DNA of 64,000 nucleotides from Eimeria praecox (taxonomy: Eukaryota), in contig OY986947.1 of NCBI GenBank assembly GCA_963920595.1, positions 2,356,001 through 2,420,000 on the forward strand, given 5' to 3'. The notes under the pieces are model-generated. The model did no database searches, was not told where the DNA came from, and saw only the letters and a list, made by a program, of their open reading frames with translations. Of this stretch, positions 24,801 through 34,054 are shown piece after piece (the first letter of the stretch is position 1; the number at the start of each line of letters is the position of its first letter). Both the position numbers and the translations under genes were made by a program.

Positions 24801-26980
24801 TGCCAAGGCTACCTGGTTTTGCCTCGTCACTGCATCACTGCTGCGAACGGGCGAAGGCGTTCCCGTGACAGTTTCGTTGGTTATGCTGGAGGTGCTGCAA
24901 AACGTGTTGCATTGACAGTTCCTTAAGCATTCACATGCGAGTCCAATCACACGTTTGTGACTACGTCACAGCAGAAGCAAGTGCTCTTCTCGGTAATCCC
25001 CATGGCATAGCTGGCATTCACAGGCTCAAGTTTCACAGACTATAATACACGGATATGGGCTGTTTGCAATGCCCTTTTCCTATCCTCTTTTACAGCGCAT
25101 GAAGTAGCGTTTTTGCTGTCTTCTATGGATGCTTAATTCAGAACAAAAACAATGTGTCAGGGGAATGCCGTCGCCCCTCCGCAGGTGCAGTGATGGGGCA
25201 AAATAAGACGGCAGCCAGGCCTGCATGCCCTCCTTGGGCCATGTCTGTGCTTACTAATGCTCACGAGTTGATACCGCTGCATGATATAGGTTGCAAAGTA
25301 GATCTGATAACTGTAGCTGCGGGGAGGAGGCACAACCTACCTCTCTATTCTATGGGGCAGTGTTTGAAACTCTGCCGCGCGGATGACATACCAGAGGCGA
25401 AACTCAGTACAGTTATGGCCCAAATGCACGTTCAATTCCGCTGACTTTGTTGCAGCAGCTTACCTTCGCCTCCAGTACAGGCGTGTGAAGCTTTTTCCTT
25501 CATGAAGCGCCAGCTTAATGCCCCCTCATGCGTGTGCATTGGATAGCTCGATATGAGCAATTTGTTATGGAGCTCAATCTGGTTAACTATCTGAATCTTA
25601 TATTAGTGCTTCTAAAATGGAAGCAAGCTGTCTAAAGGACGGTGCACTGCCAAACCTATTTGCTGGTACGTTTTGCACTCCATAGGCAGGCCCTTCGAAT
25701 TGTTTTCAGCTGGTGAGGCCCCGATGGCATGCACAGCTGTTGCAGCTGTTCTGCAAGCGTATAATTGGTTGTGTTGTAGCTTTGTGATGGTGCCACGGAT
25801 CGCAATTCACTCACCAGTGGATACTACAGGTCAGCAATCACCAAGGAAGTGTTAATAAGTGAAAGAAAACCCTCTCCTTGGCAGCTTCCCCGTTGCCAGA
25901 GTTCAATACAAGTGAACCCACAGCACAACAAATGGCGTTCGCTGCAGTGTCCTGAAGCAAGACTCCCACAACGGCTGCTTGTTTGCTGCATCCGCAGAGA
26001 GGTGTTGAATTGGAGAAAGTTTCTCCTTGGCAGTTTCTGGGCTGCAAAAGAGTGACTGAGGAAAAGCACCCAAGCAAAGCCTTACGGCGTTTTGCAGCGG
26101 CAGGACGTGACTGCAGATATCCCCGGCTTGGCGGCCCAGAGAGGAGCAGACAGGGAAGCATGGAACGACAGAAATCCACTTGTTTTGGTAGCCCTTCACA
26201 ACAGCAGTTGATGATTGGGTTGACAATTGACTATCGGTTCACAACACCTTGCGCACATACAAGAGCACGCATCCGCATCCACGCATTCATGGGGGACTAC
26301 CCATGATATATAGTAAAATACTTCGGTACAAGATCTTCTGTATTTTCACACCGCAAGCATTCGGAGCACCTCACACCACTGTAGAGGCCCATAAAAGCTG
26401 CTAAGAGCGCTGGCCGTTGCCACATCATATTTTGACCGGCTACCTTTTCTAGAACCACAAACATTTAGAACAGCCCATATTCCTGTCGAGGCGCATGAAG
26501 ACACCCACGAGCGATGCCCAGTATTGCAGCCTCCAACCATGTTACAGTGCGCACAGTGGCTCGCCTTAAGACGACCGGCGGTAGCCTCAAACAAGAAAAA
26601 ACGAGACCTATGCATAGCTGCTGACGGCTCCTGCTGCCTTCTTACCTCGTGGCTATCCTATTCACGCAATGAGTTCCGGTGATTCATTCCTTCAAGATGC
26701 TTCTCCCCGCTTGTTGGGTTTCTCTTCCGGATGGAGATGAGCATGATGTACACCTCTGAGCACTCTCGAGGTCTATATTTCACGTCACGGCCTGCTGCAA
26801 ATTTTTGGCCTACTTGATACTCCTAAACACGAGGAATAGGCACGACGCTTCCCTTAGAGTGGGGCCCCCTCAGATCAACGACTCTCTTCACAGGGCTCGG
26901 TAGAAGCATTAAAGGGAGCCGATGCTGCATCACTTGTTGCAGCATCGGCTGCGGGAGTTTCTGCAGCCTCTCGTGAATGG

Positions 26981-29446
26981 CTAGGGTGCACTGCCGGGCT
27001 CTTGATGGGATGCCCCACTGAAGAGTTTTTTAAGTTGGTCAAACCCTGCAGCAATCGTTTCTGGGCTTGTAGGCCTGGGCGCATCGCTGGGCAGCAAAGC
27101 CTCTGTAGATCTGCCGAAGGCTTCTTCCTCTTCTGGTCTGCCGGGGGTTCCTTCCTCCAGCCCCCATACGCGGAAGGTAAGCGGCGAACCGTAAACATCT
27201 ACAGGCATTTCCCCCTCTGGTGTTTCTGCAGAAGAACGAGATTCTGCCGGTCTTCCAAAGGAGGCGAGCAGAGGATTCGAGGCAGATGTTGCCAACAGCA
27301 ACGCCGAAGACCCCGAATCAAATATCCCTGTATTTCGAAGAGAGCTTGCATCTCCCCATGCGTCTCCCCATGCGGTCTGCAGAGGCAATTCCCACCCGGT
27401 CGAGGCAGAGGAGGGATGAAGGTTAGAAGCAGCATCACGCTGGGGTTCTAAGGGCGCCCTAAGAAGGGGCCTTTGTGCGCCAGGGGCCCATTCAAAGCCA
27501 TGTGGTAAGGCGGATGCTGCTGCTGAGGGATGTGACGCTGCAGAGGCATCTAAGGCGCTAAGCGATGCTGCTGAAGCCACCCGTCCCACAGAAGCAGCGG
27601 GAGCATCAAGAGCCTGAGCAGCAACTCTCGGCACCGCTAAACTGAAAGCACGAGGGCGACGAAGAGCAACGGTAGGAGAAGCAGCTGTTCTAAAGGACCT
27701 GTGTGAAGGTCTCAGCATAGACTTAGGAGGCTGAGGAGAGTGAGAAGGCACGCCGACAGAAGCCATGTCCCTTACGCCGAAGGTCCGTACGGATGGGGAA
27801 GCACCTCTGAGGGCTGAGGAGGCAGGAGCACGCTGAGGAGCGGCGGACATTGCGGAGACTGCCGGAGGCTCAGAAGCAGCAGACAGCGATACCCTTGTAA
27901 GTGCACTAGACATGGCAGTGCGAGGCACTCCCTTATGTCTGGGAGCATTTGAAACCGCGAGTTTCCCCTTAGCAGCAGCAACCGCTCCAGCATCAGTGAC
28001 AGCAGCAGCAGCATCAGCAGCAGGAGGAGGAGGAATAGGAGCCTCAGTAGACGTGCTGGAAGACGCGGAAGGGGGAACGGACTCAGCATTGTCTGCGCCA
28101 TTACTTGGACCTTGGCGACGATGCCTGGTAGGTGCATGGGCGAGAGGAGCGGTGCCTGGGCTATCCGAAGGAGGCGCGTTCTCTCTTCTGGCGGGCGTTT
28201 CAGCAGCAGAAGAGGGGGCGGCTGCCTGCCGTTCTCTGGCGTTCTTGAGCTTGATTTGCTCCCACGGTTCTTTTCCTGACCCCAGTAAAGTAGACTGCAG
28301 GTCTTCTAGACGCTCGCGATGGGTTTGAAGGGGCATCTGGATGAGTCTTTCGATACGAGGGGCGCTCATAATGCCGTAGTGGCTTCCCTTTGTGTGCTCT
28401 TCTCGCAGCCAACGCCTCAAGTCCGGATCACGAAAAACTTGTTCCCTGCGTTTGTGTGATGTTTCTTCTATAGCCACAATGACTGACTCCAATCTAGCAC
28501 TGACATCATCTTCAGTTGTTGTAGTTGTTTTCGGATGTCTAGCACCGCCTTTAACAGCTTGAGCAGCTCTTTTGGGGCCCTTCTTTCCTTTCTTCGACTG
28601 CTGTATACATGCATCTAGCCAGCGCATTGCAGCACTGAAATGCTCCAAGGCTACCTCCTGCACAACAACGAGGTGTTTTATTTTCAATAGCCGCTCCTTC
28701 TGTGAGAGGGCCTCTGTAGTAGGAGTAACATTTGTAACATTCCTGAAGAGTGCATGAATGTATTTGATATGCCGCGAGCGCGCGTGTGGCACATCCATTT
28801 TGCCGAGGCTGTAGCGGAGCGAATAGAAGAGATTTGATATTCTTTCTACTTGCTTGCTTATGTTGGTTCTTTCCCCTTTTTCCAGCAACGAAAGCAACGC
28901 CGACAACTCCACCAAACTCAGACACACAAACTCTGCGATGCATCTAGATCTCAGTGGAGGGCTCAGCCAGTTCACCACCCGCTCGTTTTTCCTTATAAGC
29001 TGTTCCAGGTTAATTACATAAAGGTTAACGCGTTTCAATAATTCTTCCTCAACGGGAGCTTCTTCGTCTTCCTCCTCCTCTTTAGCAGCACCAGCTGAAG
29101 CAGGGGGATTCCCCGCTGCAGCACCACAAGGCTCTTCTGGGTCCTCATTCGTCCTCTCTTCTGCTTCTGCCAGATATCTCAGTGCCCCTTTGCTACTGCT
29201 GCTGCTGGCTTTTGTCAAATACAGAGCACAGCGAAGCACTAAGTAAGCTGCTGCAACAACAGCAACCGCTGCTAGCCCCACCACGCTGAAGCTGAGCCCC
29301 CGAAATCCCCCATTCCGTCTCCTACTCACACTGGCCGAAGGAACAGGTAACCCAATCTCTTCAGGGGAGACCTGCCATGCACCCTTGCCCCAACTAAGCA
29401 ACGACGCTGGCGGGGCGTCAGGCTCTGCTGCTATGGCAGCTTGCAT
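26981..29446 (-). CDS. Same family, copy 5 (~821 aa from ATG 29446)
   Basis: MQAAIAAEP start; AAYLVLRCALYL, RYLAEAE, TLLGSGKEPW, VDVYGSPLTFRVWGLEE, TIAAGFDQLKKLF. Confidence 0.85.
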   Translation of the reverse strand: MQAAIAAEPDAPPASLLSWGKGAWQVSPEEIGLPVPSASVSRRRNGGFRGLSFSVVGLAAVAVVAAAYLVLRCALYLTKASSSSSKGALRYLAEAEERTNEDPEEPCGAAAGNPPASAGAAKEEEEDEEAPVEEELLKRVNLYVINLEQLIRKNERVVNWLSPPLRSRCIAEFVCLSLVELSALLSLLEKGERTNISKQVERISNLFYSLRYSLGKMDVPHARSRHIKYIHALFRNVTNVTPTTEALSQKERLLKIKHLVVVQEVALEHFSAAMRWLDACIQQSKKGKKGPKRAAQAVKGGARHPKTTTTTEDDVSARLESVIVAIEETSHKRREQVFRDPDLRRWLREEHTKGSHYGIMSAPRIERLIQMPLQTHRERLEDLQSTLLGSGKEPWEQIKLKNARERQAAAPSSAAETPARRENAPPSDSPGTAPLAHAPTRHRRQGPSNGADNAESVPPSASSSTSTEAPIPPPPAADAAAAVTDAGAVAAAKGKLAVSNAPRHKGVPRTAMSSALTRVSLSAASEPPAVSAMSAAPQRAPASSALRGASPSVRTFGVRDMASVGVPSHSPQPPKSMLRPSHRSFRTAASPTVALRRPRAFSLAVPRVAAQALDAPAASVGRVASAASLSALDASAASHPSAAASALPHGFEWAPGAQRPLLRAPLEPQRDAASNLHPSSASTGWELPLQTAWGDAWGDASSLRNTGIFDSGSSALLLATSASNPLLASFGRPAESRSSAETPEGEMPVDVYGSPLTFRVWGLEEGTPGRPEEEEAFGRSTEALLPSDAPRPTSPETIAAGFDQLKKLFSGASHQEPGSAP

Positions 29447-32400
29447 GGCGTCCAGTAGGCTTGATCCAAACTGCACAAGGGCGGAATATTCAAGCAGAAG
29501 GCGGAGGAAAAATGTGGGCTCCAGGAAAAAGCGAAGGAAGACGAATTGAGCGGGGGTGGCGGGCCTTGAGCCTTTATCGAACCCGCCACCTTAAGCAAGC
29601 CCCTTCTCATCTCCTAGCGAACATCGGGCTTATTATGTTCAAGAATGATTTTGATGATAACGAAGAACTTTTCGTGCAAAAGTGGAGCGGGAAAGTGAGG
29701 GAAAGAACCCCGACGGGCCCTGTCAGCCCGGCGGTCGGGCTTGAGATATTTGAAAAAAGAGGAAACAGAGAAGACGAAGGAGGGTTCAAATAGATATTTT
29801 GGGCCTCTCTAAGGCAATCGGAGGTTAAACAAATTTTTATACACCAATTTCCAAACAAAAAATTGGTGTAGTTCTCGGTAGATAGACCTCGTTCAGAACG
29901 TCAAGCGGGGAGCCCAGCATCGGTACCTTCGGTCTAGTAGCTGTAGTATTGCCACTTTTCCAATGAAACTACTTTTTTTTGGTTTGAACAGGGTGTTTTC
30001 ATTCTATACGCAGCTTGTATATCGGCTTCATGTTGCAGAAAGTCGTATTTGGAGTAGGTAAGTGCGGGCCAGAGGGGGCCAGCTCCCTTGGCCAACCATC
30101 TGGGGGTGCACAGCGAACGGCATGCAATGCTTGTTGCTGCTGCTGCTGCTGTAAGACCTCTGCAGTCTTCTTAGGTTGTTTCCATTGTTATTTTAGATGT
30201 GTGTAGTGGGTTACGTGATTGGCTTCGTGAAGGATGGGCCAAGGGGCTCGCTCTCTGGCTGAGCGTGCAGCGAGCAAGTCCAGCCACAGAGCGAGCCGGG
30301 AGCTGTTCCCTTGACTTCTGACTCTTTCTTGCTGCTCCTTTATCTTCTTCAATCTTCTCAATATCTCCTTCGTCCAGTCTTTCAGGCTGTTTCATCTGCT
30401 TGCCATTGCTTTCAGTCTCTCCTCTGTATCCCTCGATGCTCTCAGATGCAGCAGGTTTCATTTCTCTCTTGCCACGTTTCCTTCGTCTTCTCTCTCATTT
30501 TTGCTGATGAGCCCTCAGCGAAAGTGTGCAAGCATCAGTTCGAACTCATACCTTTCACCTGCTGTCAGACCGAGCCTCACACGTTGCAGCTGTAGTAGCA
30601 TGCAGAGCATTCACACGCCCACACAGAAGGAGCAGCACCATCCCCACCCGGGAGGCGGCAGCTTGAGCAGCAACTGCAGCAGAAACACAGTGAGCAGCAA
30701 TCAGATCAGTCACTCCAACAGCAGCAGCAGCAAGGTCAGCCACTGAGTAGCAGCAGCACAAACAGCAAGCAGAATGATCTTGGCTGGCTGTGGGGAGGGT
30801 TGTTTGTGGCTACGTATAATGTTTCATCAATTGCTTTGAAGTTTGGTTTTGCTGCTGTGTATCTTCATGCATTCTCTTACCTGTATTTTATTCTTCTGTC
30901 TACGGGGTGAGCGTCAGTCTGTCCCGCTAGCCTCAAGGTAGTTTGTCTGGTGGCGAGTTGCTTATCTTTGCGCTAAACATCTTTGATCTTAGTCATAGTT
31001 GGCGTTGAGCGGGTCAGCAACGTATTCTACCTCCTTTTGTACAATCCCTTACCCCTCCTGCTGTAGCTTTTTGTCGCTGCTGATGTAGCTGCCCTGTCTG
31101 CTACGACATTGTAAGGAATGCATTTCAGCTGCTTTGATGCCTCATTGCAAGCTGTTCGGCTTCTGCAATGTCGCTTCTTCTTTGTCATTCTCCTGTCACG
31201 AAAACAAAGATGGCAATGAACAGTCAATAGCTCTGGGAAGGCCTCAAGCGGAGCGCTTTTCTCGCTGAGGTTTTACGGGAGACACCGAAAACGAACTGGT
31301 CCTTTAGATCTGAAAGGTGATTATAGCAGCAAGAAAGAGTGCTGAGCCTCTAGCAGAAACTGACAACTAGGGAGGGAGAGGAAGAGAGAGGGACAGCATA
31401 CACGTATCCTGTGTTCCGTGCTGTTCTAGTATATACAATATGCATGCTCACAGTGCTGGAAAAACACAATCGTAATAGAGCTATGTCTCGCGTTATATGT
31501 AGAAAAAACCATTAAATGTTCTATTAGCGTGAGACATTACACTAGGCAGGACAGTACAAAGCTTAGTACAATCCTTCGTGCGACTTGAACTTACACCCGA
31601 GAAAGCTACCGCAAGGACGGGCCTTCATTAGTAGCGCACTTGGCTCGTGGTGAAGCTCCCCCACCCTTCAAACAGTCTGTATATATATATGCATACAATA
31701 TCCCCTCACCCATGAAGCAACAGCCCGAGGGACGCCCGCATCCGTCAGCTTCCAAAGATGAATAGTTCAGCGTATCCCTTCACGCAAAAACAGTATGGCG
31801 CATGCAGATCGACACATATTGTATATAAGTACATATATACCTGTAAATATTCTCGCATAGGCTTCTGTGTAAAGACAATGTCGTACACGTCGCATGCAAG
31901 AGAGAGGTAGACAATACTTAGGACAGAAGAAGAAACAGACGGCACGACTGGCATATCTGCAGCAGCCAAATCCATAGGGTTTGAAGCAGGTAGTAGGAAC
32001 TTAGAAGGGATTTAATCGCTGGATGCTGCAAAAGGGCTAAGCGGGGGGAATGAGCCCTTAGTGTAGCAGAATAAAGATGCATGCAGCCCTAGGCGCGTTT
32101 TCCTTGAATGCCCGGCATTTCCGAGCGTATGCACATCTAGCAGCTGCAGTAGTATGTAGGGAGTTTCTTACATGGATTGTTTTCTTTTTACGTGTAAACA
32201 CAAACACAACACAGTTCTGAGCTTTCCTACGGCAGCTACAGTTAAAGCCCTTAGACACATAAATCATACACATTTATCGCGAAACTACGAACAACAGAAG
32301 AAACAGAGAAACAAACACAAGGAGAGAGGGAAAGATGGAACCGGCACGCAGAGCGACGGAGACAAATGCATTTATAAGCAAACAGAAGCAAAGAGAGAAT

Positions 32401-34054
32401 CATACAGAGACAGAGATAGAGACAATGATAAGCAGCAGAACAGAAAGATGGCAGCAATGCGCCCTCTGTGCACAAAGGACAGCGACAAAGCTACTGCGAC
32501 TCCGCATCAGAAGGCATAGCCCAGAAGCGTTGAGTTTGAAAAGGAAAACCTCGGAACAAAAGCTACTGTCTCGCTCGTCTGCTCTAGACCAACATGTACA
32601 GGCTCCGTTAGGCTGATGGCCTCCTCAGCAATGACAGTTAACGAGGGCCCCAATATCTCCTTGTGTAATTTCAGTAAAGACAAGGGCTATTGCCATATAG
32701 ATACATGCCTTACCTGTTCGAACGTGTTGCTCGACCTTGTGCTTATCGCTGCTGCTGCTTCTGAAGCAGGCTGATGGTGTCTTGCCGGCTGTGATGCTGG
32801 GCACAGCACATGATACTTCTGCACTGGGTTCTGCCTATCCCAGATTTTCCTGCCGAGAGGCTTTAAGCCCCTTTTTTCTCGCCTCCACATTAGCATCCAA
32901 CATTCCTGCCGCAGAAACGTCCTCCACGCTAAGGGCAGCTGCTGCTTGTGCAGCTTAGTTGAAGTTTAATAAGGAAGAACAAGAATGGGAGGCATTAAGC
33001 GCCACGTGGAGAGACATGCAACGGCTGCGGGTGCCGATAGACACGCAGAAGGGACTGTAGGCAAAAACATACAGATAAAAATCCCTCGAAGAACTGACAA
33101 AGGAGAAGCCTAGATGCCTGAAGATGAAGCAGCAGCAAGGGCGAGCCAGTGGTCAGGGGAACACCTCCCTGCTCCTACAACCCCAGCCCAGGCCAGCGAG
33201 AACGAGCGGCTTCGCCTTTCTTCTACGAAATTAATCATCTACCCCACTAAACATTGTTAAATATCAATAGAAGCAGCTTAATAAGGTTGAAGCGATCCTG
33301 CAGCAGCAGCAGCAGCAGCAGCAGCACTAGCGAGAGTTGCTAGCCGGCGTTGCTCGATGCGAGCCCCCAGAAAGCTGTCGAAGGGAGTTGGCGCTCCGCC
33401 CCATATCACGACTTGCAGCAGTAAAATACCTTTCCTCATGTTATTTAAAGTATAGAAGCAATCTAAGCAAACGAAAGAAAATAATTTCAATGTAGAAGCA
33501 GCAGTAGCAGAAGCAGAAGATGCACCGTGAGCGACAGGCACCCCAGCTGCAAGGCCGAAGACGCCCGGTGAGCCTCGCCGTCGGCGTCCCCGGAGGCATT
33601 CAATACAAGAAACCTGTCTGTACGGGATTAGGTTTCTCTTTGTTTTTATTTATACAATCAAAAGGGTAAAGAAGATCCATAGGAATAATCTTTCATCTTG
33701 TCTGCTTTCTTTCTGACAACGATCGTTAGCCAGAAGACCACCGGGCTAACACTGCCCGGTGGCATTTGTCCTATATTCATGTTCAGCATTCAAATGAAAA
33801 GTTTTCTGCTTTCTTCATGTTTAGTTTAGATTGGAATCGGTTTCATTTTTAATTAGTGATGCGAAGAAGCTTGTCTCGCAAAAGCAAACTCGTTGCACGT
33901 GTAAGGATCGACGAAGGCTCAAGGAACGCCCCCCCCCCCCCCCCCGCTCCATTGGTCATCCCTCACTCCTACCTTCTCCCCTTCCGCTTTTCGCCTCTGT
34001 CTTCTGCTTAAATATTCTCCCTCTGTGTTGTTCAAAACAACCCCATCGGAAGCC

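Noticed and set aside
30171..33541. Possible decayed minus-strand gene (charged Lys/Glu-rich fragments)
   Set aside because: The frames are broken by stops and I recognise no homology, so it cannot be supported without tblastn.
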